DNA from: Candidatus Saccharimonadota bacterium
Lineage (GTDB): Bacteria > Patescibacteriota > Saccharimonadia > Saccharimonadales > JACOTW01
DNA: 64,000 nucleotides
Direction of reading: 5' to 3'
Assembly: GCA_016178135.1 (NCBI GenBank)
Contig: JACOTW010000003.1
Location: 472 to 64,471, forward strand
Part shown: in pieces, positions 42,947 to 51,405 of the stretch
Layout: each line of letters begins with the position of its first letter
How positions within the stretch are numbered: position 1 is the first letter of the stretch
Program-made: the position numbers and the translations under genes
The notes under the pieces: model-generated
Told to the model about the DNA's origin: nothing
The model's database searches: none
The model's input: only the letters and a program-made list of their open reading frames with translations

Positions 42947-44722
42947 ATGAAGTATCTTTGGAGGATAATTAAATTTACCAGTTCGCTGAAGCGATACTAT
43001 TTGGCTATTTCCGTTATGACTATTTTGCTGGCGATTATGAGTCAACTCGTGCCGCTATTTACCAAGGCTGCTATTGATCAAGTAACTAAAAACGGTGGTC
43101 AAACAAACGTAGGCTTGGTTGCCCTCTACGCTTTTTTAATATTCTTAACAGATATTGGTCAATCGTTGTTCTCTAATATTAGTGGCTATTGGGGTGATAT
43201 TTTATCAGTCAAACTAAGGCAGTTTATGAGTAATAAATATTATGAACATTTGCTAAGTTTGCCACAGCGTTATTTTGACACTGAACTGACAGGTACGATT
43301 ATTAATCGTATGAATCGAGGCATTCAGGATATCAGTGACTTTATCCAGGTGTTTAGTAATAATTTTTTGCAGTTTATATTTAGTACTATTTTTACATTGG
43401 CGATCGTAGCTTACTATGCTTGGCCCGTAGCTCTTATGCTGGCGATGCTTTACCCTATATTTATTTGGATGACTGCCAAAACCAGCCATAAATGGCAGTT
43501 TTATCAAAGAAAAATCAACCAAGATATTGATATAGCTAGTGGTCGGTTCGCGGAAAGTATCGGACAGGTCAGGGTCGTAAAGAGTTTTATCCAAGAAGCC
43601 AGGGAGCTGAAGTTTTTTGATCAACAATTTCGTAAGGCTACGAAAACCGTTACTCCGCAGAGTCGTTACTGGCATGAGCGTGATAATCTACGCCGTACCA
43701 TATTGTCAGTAATCTTTTTCTTTGTATTTGTGTTTATTTTTGTGGAAACGGCTCGCGGTCGGTATAGCGTCGGTACCATGGTTTTGCTTATACAGTATTC
43801 TATGCTCATACGCATACCAATCTTTAGTATTAGCTTTTTAGTTGATCGTACCCAGCGAGCAGTAGCTAATAGTAAGGAGTATTTCGAGGTCATGGAACAG
43901 CAGCCGGATTTCACTGACAAACCAGGTGCAATGAAGCTGAAAGTTAAAGAAGGCCGGATTGATTTTGATAACGTTTCATTCAGCTATGACCTTAAACAGC
44001 CAGTCCTTAAAAATATAAATCTTGCTATTGCGCCGGATACAAAAGTTGCGTTAGTTGGTGAAAGCGGTGAAGGTAAAACAACCTTGACGAACCTATTATT
44101 GCGTTTTTACGAGCCAGAAAAAGGTCAGATACTTATAGATGATCAAAATATTAATGATGTTACTCAAGCCAGTTTACGTCAGCAAATCGGTGTTGTTTTT
44201 CAGGATTCAGCATTATTCAGCGGTACTATAAAGGAAAATATTTGTTATGCTAAGCCGAGCGTAACGGATGATCAGCTTCTTGCTGCTGCTAAAGCGGCTA
44301 ATGCTCATGAGTTTATTGAAAAATTACCGAACGGTTATGACACAGAGATTGGTGAACGCGGACTTAAACTGTCAGGTGGTCAAAAACAACGCATAGCTAT
44401 TGCACGTGCAATACTGAAAGACGCGCCAATATTAGTGCTGGATGAAGCAACCAGTAGTCTTGATAGTAAAAGCGAAAATATGGTTCAGCAGGCATTGGAA
44501 CGTCTCATGCGTGGACGCACCACTATCATTATTGCGCATCGGTTGAGCACTATTCAGAACGTAGATCAAATTATTACTATTAGAAATGGATGTATTGATG
44601 AAGTTGGTACGCCTAGTAAGCTTGCCCATAGCGGCGGAATCTACGATCAATTATTAAAATTACAACATGGGCAAACAGAGACAACCAAGAAGAAGCTTAA
44701 AGAGTTTGAAATTGCTGCCTAA
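42947..44722 (+). CDS. ABC exporter, fused permease/ATPase (MsbA-like)
   Basis: 6-TM N-domain; Walker A GESGEGKTT, signature LSGGQKQRIAIARA, Walker B ILVLDEATS. Confidence 0.9.
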   Translation: MKYLWRIIKFTSSLKRYYLAISVMTILLAIMSQLVPLFTKAAIDQVTKNGGQTNVGLVALYAFLIFLTDIGQSLFSNISGYWGDILSVKLRQFMSNKYYEHLLSLPQRYFDTELTGTIINRMNRGIQDISDFIQVFSNNFLQFIFSTIFTLAIVAYYAWPVALMLAMLYPIFIWMTAKTSHKWQFYQRKINQDIDIASGRFAESIGQVRVVKSFIQEARELKFFDQQFRKATKTVTPQSRYWHERDNLRRTILSVIFFFVFVFIFVETARGRYSVGTMVLLIQYSMLIRIPIFSISFLVDRTQRAVANSKEYFEVMEQQPDFTDKPGAMKLKVKEGRIDFDNVSFSYDLKQPVLKNINLAIAPDTKVALVGESGEGKTTLTNLLLRFYEPEKGQILIDDQNINDVTQASLRQQIGVVFQDSALFSGTIKENICYAKPSVTDDQLLAAAKAANAHEFIEKLPNGYDTEIGERGLKLSGGQKQRIAIARAILKDAPILVLDEATSSLDSKSENMVQQALERLMRGRTTIIIAHRLSTIQNVDQIITIRNGCIDEVGTPSKLAHSGGIYDQLLKLQHGQTETTKKKLKEFEIAA

Positions 44723-44756
44723 ATCCAGTACACTGGGACTATCTAGAAAGGGTTAG

Positions 44757-45293
44757 ATGGCAAAAACAAAACCATATGAACGTATTTTTGCGTTGACCGC
44801 TGCCTTAGTTTTTTTGACTACCACAGTCGCGATTAGTTTAGTGGTGGTGTGGCAGGCAAGACAAGATAACAAAGACAGCCAAACGGCTATTTCACAACAA
44901 GGGTCATTAAAGGAGGCTAAATTGGAAGGCACTAAATTAGCAGGCTTCACGCCGATAGACAAGGTAGAACAATTACAAATTTCTGATTTGCAGGTAGGCA
45001 CTGGAGCAGAAGTCAAAGAGGGTGCCACGGTAACGGCGCACTACACCGGAGCGTTAGCCAAAAACGGTACTATTTTTCAAAGCTCGCACGATGGCGCTAA
45101 TCAGCCAGTAGAATTTCCTTTGAATGGCGTAATTGCTGGCTGGACAAAGGGAGTGCCCGGCATGAAAGTAGGTGGCACGCGACGCTTAATTATTCCGGCC
45201 AGTTTAGCTTACGGAGAAAGTTCACCATCGGCAAATATCCCCCCAAACTCCGACCTAGTTTTTGATATAGAATTAACTGCGATCAAAAATTAA
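44757..45293 (+). CDS. FKBP-type peptidyl-prolyl cis-trans isomerase with N-terminal membrane anchor
   Basis: VTAHYTGALAKNGTIFQSSHD…GWTKGVPGMKVGGTRRLIIPASLAYGE FKBP motifs. Confidence 0.85.
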   Translation: MAKTKPYERIFALTAALVFLTTTVAISLVVVWQARQDNKDSQTAISQQGSLKEAKLEGTKLAGFTPIDKVEQLQISDLQVGTGAEVKEGATVTAHYTGALAKNGTIFQSSHDGANQPVEFPLNGVIAGWTKGVPGMKVGGTRRLIIPASLAYGESSPSANIPPNSDLVFDIELTAIKN

Positions 45294-45300
45294 AATTACG

Positions 45301-45452
45301 GAGATTCTATACTCGACTTACCCAAAATTGTCCGTTTCCAGAGTGAATTATCTCGAGCGAAAACTGTTTTCGCTCATCCAGCTGGAACCAAGGCATCAAT
45401 GGCTAAGTGCGAAACTCGTGTCCGGGAACGGGCGATTTTGCGTAAGTCCAGT
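45301..45452. repeat. Mosaic MITE copy: A-type left arm, B-type right arm, core replaced by the 27034-type IR segment
   Basis: actcgacttacccaaaattgtccgtttccagagtgaattatctcgagcgaaaactgttttcgctc…caatggctaagtgcgaaactcgtg…ccgggaacgggcgattttgcgtaagtccagt. Confidence 0.8.
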
Positions 45453-45547
45453 AAATACAAAAACACAACATGTAGCGTATTGCATAAGTATCAAAACGCT
45501 ATACAATAAGTCTTGCAAGCTTTTTTATAGGGCTTACGCATTACCCT

Positions 45548-45583
45548 GTTATCTATGTAAAAGTGCGAAAGTTCTATATAAAA
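45548..45583 (+). promoter_or_regulatory. Recurring CTGTTATCtATGtAAAAGTGCGAAAGTTCTATATAAA promoter-like box upstream of glutaredoxin-like gene
   Basis: Near-identical to 36399-36433 box. Confidence 0.5.
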
Positions 45584-45627
45584 AATTAACAAACAACGTA
45601 AAAGTATCAAAAGAAAGGGTAAATATC

Positions 45628-45876
45628 ATGGTTAAAAATATCACAGTTTTCACTACTAACACTTGCGCCTACTGTGGCATGGTTAAGAAGTGGCTTGGTG
45701 CCAAAGGCTTTACTTATGAGGAAGTTAATCTAGATCAAAACCCCGATCGACAACAAGAAGCGTTTGAAATGAGTGGTGCTTTGTCTGTACCAGTAACCAT
45801 AATAACAAAACATGACGATAGCCGTGAAGTAGTCATAGGTTACAATTTGGCCAAACTAGCTCCCGCAATAGCCTAA
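45628..45876 (+). CDS. Glutaredoxin-like protein (NrdH/Grx family, CxxC = CAYC)
   Basis: ITVFTTNTCAYCGMVKKWL thioredoxin-fold N-terminus; RBS aaagggtaa; the ORF-track start 45328 is upstream read-through. Confidence 0.75.
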   Translation: MVKNITVFTTNTCAYCGMVKKWLGAKGFTYEEVNLDQNPDRQQEAFEMSGALSVPVTIITKHDDSREVVIGYNLAKLAPAIA

Positions 45877-45881
45877 GATTT

Positions 45882-46829
45882 ATGAATGAAACTGAAATAC
45901 ACGATGTAGTTATAGTTGGGGCTGGTCCAGCGGCTTTATCGGCGGCGATTTACACGACACGTGAGGATATAGATACGGTATTGTTTGAAAAAGGTGTTAT
46001 TGGCGGTTTGGCCGCAGTTACCGATTGGATTGATAATTATCCTGGCTTTCCAAAAGGTATTGCCGGACTAGAATTGGCGGATGGTCTACGCGAACAAGCC
46101 GAGAGATTCGGTGCGGATATTCGCCTTGGAGAGGTTACAAAAATTATTAACAAGGGGGAGTATAAACAGCTAAATACAACCGAGGGCGAAATTAAAGCCA
46201 GGGCGGTTCTCATAGCTACAGGTAGTGACTACAAGAAGCTAGGCATTCCTGGAGAGCAAGAATATTATGCCCGTGGCGTTCACTATTGCGCAACTTGTGA
46301 CGGCGCTTTTTATCGCGATAAAAAATTAGTTGTAGTGGGCGGTGGTAACTCGGCCGTTCAAGAAGCAATGTTTTTGACTAAATTTGCCAGCCACATTGAT
46401 TTATTAGTTCGTGGTCCAGAGATGCGCGCCAGCGAGATTTTGCAGCATGAACTGAAAAAACAAAAAGATAAAATAACCGTACACTTAAATATTACGACTG
46501 ATCAAATAATTGGAGTTGACGGCAAGGTAGTTAAGGTTATTGGTACAAATATTAAAAGCAATCAACAAATAGAATTTTCAACGGACGGTGTTTTTGTATT
46601 TATTGGTCTTTTGCCGAATACGGCATTCTTGAAAGATTCCAAAATTGAGCTTGATCAAATAGGTATGGTCAAAACCAATTCCGATCTAGAAACTGCCGTG
46701 CCTGGTGTTTTTGCCGCTGGCGATGTGCGTTCTGGTGCAACTATGCAAATAGCAAGCGCCACTGGTGAGGGCGCCACAGCGGCTCTGATAATCCGCAAAT
46801 ACCTAGAAGGTAAAACAGTCGAGCAATAA
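45882..46829 (+). CDS. trxB: Thioredoxin-disulfide reductase
   Basis: GAGPAALSAAIY FAD motif, redox-active CATCDG, NADPH GGGNSAVQEA motif. Confidence 0.9.
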   Translation: MNETEIHDVVIVGAGPAALSAAIYTTREDIDTVLFEKGVIGGLAAVTDWIDNYPGFPKGIAGLELADGLREQAERFGADIRLGEVTKIINKGEYKQLNTTEGEIKARAVLIATGSDYKKLGIPGEQEYYARGVHYCATCDGAFYRDKKLVVVGGGNSAVQEAMFLTKFASHIDLLVRGPEMRASEILQHELKKQKDKITVHLNITTDQIIGVDGKVVKVIGTNIKSNQQIEFSTDGVFVFIGLLPNTAFLKDSKIELDQIGMVKTNSDLETAVPGVFAAGDVRSGATMQIASATGEGATAALIIRKYLEGKTVEQ

Positions 46830-46835
46830 ACGCTC

Positions 46836-46946
46836 GTACCTAGACTCTCAAGGGCGCTCTTTCACCTATGAAATTACTTGCTTATGGCAGGTAATTTCAA
46901 GGGAAGCGCTTGCCGACCCTTTCGAGTTCTAGGTACTCACCTTATT
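46836..46946. other. Nested long-range hairpins between convergent trxB and FNR-like genes (possible bidirectional terminator / structured RNA)
   Basis: Outer arms gtacctagactctcaagggcgct / agcgcttgccgaccctttcgagttctaggtac; inner gaaattacttgc-ttat-ggcaggtaatttc. Confidence 0.45.
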
Positions 46947-46949
46947 CGA

Positions 46950-47663
46950 TTATATGGATGGGTAGCCGGGGAAGTAGTCGGTGACGAGCCGACTGTTTGA
47001 GACGCCCTTTTCCTGAAGTTCGTCCACAAAAGTTTCGGTCATTGGTTCCGGGCCAGAGATAAATATTAGGCAGCCAGGCAGCTTTTTGGCATAGCTCAGA
47101 ATATTCTGAGTTGTAAGTCGCCTACCCACCACAGGAGTGAATTCTAACCCATATTTTACAAATAAATCCTGAAAGGCAAGTTCCTCAGGTTCATTGACAG
47201 CGTAAACAAGATGAATTTTGCGTTTTTCACTTGTGTCGGACAGCCATTTTACTATGCTGTGAAATGGCGTGATGCCAATACCACCAGCAATAAAAAGTAA
47301 GGGTATGGTTTTGTCTTTTGGTAGCACGAAATCGCCCATTGGGTCAGCCAGATTTAGCGTGGCGCCAGGCTTCAGCGAAGAGAGAGCCTTTTTGAAGCTG
47401 CTACCGTTTTCACTGGCAAATTTTGTGGTGATGCTTACCATGTCATCGGTTGGCGAAGAAGAGATGGTGAACCACCGTTTGTCACCGCGCTGGTCTACTT
47501 TTTCGTGCGACAAATGTATCTGAGTATATTGACCAGCTATATGCTTAGGGTGACGATCCTCTGGCTTGAACCAAAACGTCTTGATATTTTTTGCAGTTGA
47601 TTCTGCGTGGTCGAACATCACTCTCATCAGGAGTATAGTGTACAACACATAATGGCTAACCAA
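46950..47663 (-). CDS. Ferredoxin/flavodoxin-NAD(P)+ reductase-like oxidoreductase (FAD-binding + NAD-binding domains)
   Basis: RWFTISSSP (RxYS FAD motif), GGIGITPFHSIV NAD(P)-binding motif. Confidence 0.65.
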   Translation of the reverse strand: MVSHYVLYTILLMRVMFDHAESTAKNIKTFWFKPEDRHPKHIAGQYTQIHLSHEKVDQRGDKRWFTISSSPTDDMVSITTKFASENGSSFKKALSSLKPGATLNLADPMGDFVLPKDKTIPLLFIAGGIGITPFHSIVKWLSDTSEKRKIHLVYAVNEPEELAFQDLFVKYGLEFTPVVGRRLTTQNILSYAKKLPGCLIFISGPEPMTETFVDELQEKGVSNSRLVTDYFPGYPSI

Positions 47664-47755
47664 GCTGGATTGGCATAATGCCGCCAGTTATCGCTCGCTT
47701 AAGCTCGTAAAAGCAGCCAGGAAAGACCTAGACTGGATTTTATTAGAAAAATATG

Positions 47756-47783
47756 TTGACGTATAGTAAAAATCATGTATAAT
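47756..47783 (+). promoter_or_regulatory. Sigma70-like promoter TTGACG-16-TATAAT upstream of 47853 gene
   Basis: ttgacg tatagtaaaaatcatg tataat; RBS aaaggag before ATG 47853. Confidence 0.55.
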
Positions 47784-47852
47784 ATATTTTGATAAACCTG
47801 GGAAGCAAATATAACTAGGTTTTGGGCGGTTCGTAATAAAGGAGTTTCTTAG

Positions 47853-48656
47853 ATGACAATTAGCGGCTTACTAAATAAACCACAAACACCCGAAGGTCAA
47901 CTATACTTGGCCGGTACTCCTGATATTGCCGAAGCAATAGGCGTCACACTAGACGCCTACCGTGAACTTGGCTATACACCAAATGTAGATGACGCAACCC
48001 GAACCATGACTGAGGATTTTAACAGTAATGTCAAACTTGGCTACAATGGCCGATTGTTTGTGCCAGCACCCCAGGAAGTTAGCTTTGATCAATTGCTTGC
48101 CGCAGCTGAAGGCAAGCGTCCAAAAAACGTCCAGCCTATCTACAGGTACGCGAATCTTTGGACACCTGGCACTGAGCCCATGAGCTACACCGATGAAGAC
48201 CTAAACCAAGCTCCCATTGAAACAGTTGGTCGCATAGCATTGTTTAATGCAGACACTAACACCGGCCTAGACCCAATTTTGCACCACCCAGACACTCCAT
48301 ATGACTATAAACATGCCAAACTAGGCGAAGCAACCCAACTACAAAAAATCACCAAAGATATAGCGGAGTTCGAAGCAAAGCATACTGGCTATAATCTTTT
48401 GAGCCTAGACCACCGCGACTTTGCGTTGCTGGCCTTGATGGACCGCATTAGAGGTGTCAAGAAAGTTAAACTTGAGGATCAGATTCTTAGTAAAGGCATT
48501 ATGCGAACTGATAAACTAGGCCGAAGGTCTGTGGACGGCGGCTCGGTTGTCGGCGACGTGTACTCGTACGTCGGTCGGCTGGACTTGCGCGAGTCGAGTG
48601 GCGGCGCGTATCCGTACACTGGCGTCGGTCTCTCGGCGGAGCCAACTAAAGTTTAG
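47853..48656 (+). CDS. Hypothetical protein (267 aa) whose last ~45 codons are sharply GC-rich
   Basis: Intact ORF with good promoter/RBS; compositional jump at ~48520-48650 (gccgaaggtctgtggacggcggctcggttgtcggcgacg…). Confidence 0.45.
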   Translation: MTISGLLNKPQTPEGQLYLAGTPDIAEAIGVTLDAYRELGYTPNVDDATRTMTEDFNSNVKLGYNGRLFVPAPQEVSFDQLLAAAEGKRPKNVQPIYRYANLWTPGTEPMSYTDEDLNQAPIETVGRIALFNADTNTGLDPILHHPDTPYDYKHAKLGEATQLQKITKDIAEFEAKHTGYNLLSLDHRDFALLALMDRIRGVKKVKLEDQILSKGIMRTDKLGRRSVDGGSVVGDVYSYVGRLDLRESSGGAYPYTGVGLSAEPTKV

Positions 48657-48836
48657 GCTTTAGCTTTTGTAATTCTTTTTCTCTTTTCTTTTTTTATGTA
48701 GCGTAGTATAAGGTTTGTCCTTTGTATTGCCGCATACGGCGGTAGTTGGTGGGTCAGTTCTGTTGATAACCGGTAATTCATGCATGGTACAATTATGGCA
48801 TACCACTGGAAAATGTATAATGCAGGAGGAGAAAAT

Positions 48837-49370
48837 ATGACAGATTTTAATAAGGTTTTAGATGCGGGCGATGTGGTGAACGGGGTTATAAATACTGTTA
48901 TTGAGATCCCCAAATGGTCAACACTGAAAATTGAATGGAATCGTGAACTGGCTATTTTTGAGCTAGACAGGGTGGAACCGAGTATTTTTGCTAAGCCTAC
49001 TAATTATGGTTTTATCCCGCAAACGTTGGACGAAGATGGTGATGAACTGGATACGTTGGTACTCACTAACGATCCTATACCCACAGGTGTTTACTTGAAA
49101 GCCAAAGTTATTGGCGTTTTGAAGTTTGAAGATGATAGCGAAATGGATCACAAGATTGTATGTGTGCCAGCCGATGATCGAAACACCGACGATGCTATAA
49201 AAACATTTGATGATCTACATGATCGCTGGAAGCAAAAAATCGAACATCACTTTACTCATTACAAAGACCTCAAAAAACCCGATAGTACCAAAGTCCTAGG
49301 ATGGGGTGATGCCAATGATGCCACAAAAATCATCAATGAATGCATCGAGCGTTACAAACAAGGAGTCTAG
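48837..49370 (+). CDS. ppa: Inorganic pyrophosphatase (family I)
   Basis: IEIPKWS…KIEW…DGDELDTLVL…DHKIV family-I PPase motifs; RBS aggagga. Confidence 0.85.
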   Translation: MTDFNKVLDAGDVVNGVINTVIEIPKWSTLKIEWNRELAIFELDRVEPSIFAKPTNYGFIPQTLDEDGDELDTLVLTNDPIPTGVYLKAKVIGVLKFEDDSEMDHKIVCVPADDRNTDDAIKTFDDLHDRWKQKIEHHFTHYKDLKKPDSTKVLGWGDANDATKIINECIERYKQGV

Positions 49371-49374
49371 TACC

Positions 49375-49794
49375 GTGAAGGGTGCCCATGTAGTCGTCAA
49401 GATGCTACTACGAAACACTGGAGGCAACATTCTGCTTTTGCGTCGCAGTGCTACTGATACGCGTCGGTCCTTGGAGTGGGATTTACCTGGCGGGATGGTA
49501 GAAGAAGGTGAAGATTTCGTAACTGGGGTTGTACGAGAAACCAAGGAGGAGACCGGGTTAACAGTCCAAGCGAATACTGTACGCCTGGTGTATACGCATA
49601 CAGCTATGCGGGATTCTGGCAATGTTTGCTGGTTATTTTTTGTATGTTCGGGTAACACAACAGATGTAACAATTAGCTATGAGCATGATCAAGCAAAATG
49701 GGTTACCCTTCTGGAAGGCATAGAAATGATCAAGTATGATCTGCAAAGAAACTTTCTAATATATTTGAAGGATAATAAGTTGTTGGTCGAATAG
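49375..49794 (+). CDS. Nudix hydrolase (GTG start proposed)
   Basis: Nudix box GGMVEEGEDFVTGVVRETKEETGL. Confidence 0.75.
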   Translation: MKGAHVVVKMLLRNTGGNILLLRRSATDTRRSLEWDLPGGMVEEGEDFVTGVVRETKEETGLTVQANTVRLVYTHTAMRDSGNVCWLFFVCSGNTTDVTISYEHDQAKWVTLLEGIEMIKYDLQRNFLIYLKDNKLLVE

Positions 49795-49869
49795 TTGTTG
49801 CACTAAGGTAATTAACCCCGTACAATAATATTTGATTATGCTAATACTTAAACAGGGTGGGCAGAACAG

Positions 49870-50901
49870 ATGAAAACAAGAATTGCAATAAATGGGTTTG
49901 GTCGTATCGGCCGTATGGCTTTTAGGATAGGTTTTGAGCGCACAGACCTGGATATAGTGGGCATAAATGATTTAACGGATACAAAAACCCTTGTTCATCT
50001 CTTAAAACATGACACTAACTATGGTGAATATGATCACAAACTAGATTTTGACGATAAAAATATCATTGTTGATGGTAAAAAAATTCCAGTTTTTGCCGAA
50101 AAAGATCCCAGCATGTTGCCCTGGAAGGATCTAAAAGTAGACGTGGTTATTGAATCTACGGGGCGTTTTACGACTGGCGAAGCTGCCAGCGCGCACATAA
50201 AAGCGGGGGCCAAAAAAGTGGTCATTTCCGCGCCAGCTAAGGGCGAAGACGTTCAAACGCTAGTTATTGGCGCGAATGAAGACAAGCTAAGCGAAGCTGG
50301 CGATATCATTAGTAATGCCAGCTGCACAACCAATAGCGTGGCTGCGGTCATGGATATTATGGACCAGGAATTTGGAGTTGAAAAAGCTATGTTAACTACC
50401 GTGCATAGCTATACGGCTAGTCAGTCGTTGCAGGACGGTCCGGGTAAGGATTTAAGGGAAGCTCGTGCTGCGGCACAGAACATAGTTCCGACAACTACTG
50501 GTGCAGCCATTGCCGTTGCCCTAACAGTCCCTTCTCTTAAGAATAAGTTTGATGGTATGAGCGTACGTGTTCCAACTTCAGTAGTTAGTCTTAGTGATGT
50601 TACTATGTTGCTTAAGCGTAATACGACCAAGGAAGAAATCAACCAGTTATTTAAGAAGTTAGTCAAAGAGCCTTTTTATATGGGCATATTAAATGTTACT
50701 GAAGAGCCGTTGGTGAGTAGTGATTTTGTCGGCAGTAGCTACTCTGGTATAGTCGATTTGCTTTTAACGAACGTTGTGGCTGGCAATTTAGCCAAGGTCG
50801 TGGTCTGGTATGACAATGAGTGGGGTTATAGTAATCGACTAGTAGAACAAGTGGCTGACGTAGGTAAATATTTGCATGGGCAAGAACAAGCAAAAGAATA
50901 A
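49870..50901 (+). CDS. gap: Glyceraldehyde-3-phosphate dehydrogenase
   Basis: INGFGRIGR NAD motif, ASCTTN catalytic Cys region. Confidence 0.95.
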   Translation: MKTRIAINGFGRIGRMAFRIGFERTDLDIVGINDLTDTKTLVHLLKHDTNYGEYDHKLDFDDKNIIVDGKKIPVFAEKDPSMLPWKDLKVDVVIESTGRFTTGEAASAHIKAGAKKVVISAPAKGEDVQTLVIGANEDKLSEAGDIISNASCTTNSVAAVMDIMDQEFGVEKAMLTTVHSYTASQSLQDGPGKDLREARAAAQNIVPTTTGAAIAVALTVPSLKNKFDGMSVRVPTSVVSLSDVTMLLKRNTTKEEINQLFKKLVKEPFYMGILNVTEEPLVSSDFVGSSYSGIVDLLLTNVVAGNLAKVVVWYDNEWGYSNRLVEQVADVGKYLHGQEQAKE

Positions 50902-50949
50902 TTACCATACAAAACACGCTGTTAATTATCTATTTTCAGGGATTTATTC

Positions 50950-51393
50950 ATGAAAATCTTTATTGGTACCGATCATAATGGCTATAATTTGCGGGATGAC
51001 TTGGTAAGGCATCTTAAGCAAGCTGGTCATGAAGTAATAGATGATGGTGATAGCAACATAGACTCTAATGATGATTTTCCGATTTTTGCTGGCAAAGTTG
51101 CGGCTAACTTACTAGCTAGCGATGATCCTGACGCACGAGGTATTCTAATTTGCGGCAGTGGACAGGGTATGTGTATGGCCGCCAATCGTTTCAAGGGAAT
51201 TCGTGCGGCTTTGTTGTATGATCGTGAATCGGCTAAATCATCCAGGAATGATGATGATAGCAATGTAGCTTGCCTGCCATCGCGAGCACTTGAAAATAAG
51301 AAAGCATTGGAAATTATTGATATTTGGCTTAGTACACCATTTGCGGCTGCTAGTCGTTTTATGCGACGCATAAAAGAAATGGACGAGCTATAG
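50950..51393 (+). CDS. rpiB: Ribose-5-phosphate isomerase B (RpiB/LacAB family)
   Basis: MKIFIGTDHNGYNLRDDL…ILICGSGQGMCMAANRFKGIRAAL. Confidence 0.85.
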   Translation: MKIFIGTDHNGYNLRDDLVRHLKQAGHEVIDDGDSNIDSNDDFPIFAGKVAANLLASDDPDARGILICGSGQGMCMAANRFKGIRAALLYDRESAKSSRNDDDSNVACLPSRALENKKALEIIDIWLSTPFAAASRFMRRIKEMDEL

Positions 51394-51405
51394 TATGATT
51401 GGTGT

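Noticed and set aside
48520-48656. Diversity-generating retroelement variable region (and similarly the 8519-10135 C-terminus)
   Set aside because: No reverse transcriptase (no YxDD-containing ORF) and no near-identical template repeat were found in the window. Only composition and residue bias are suggestive, so this is kept as a low-level possibility inside a finding rather than a call.
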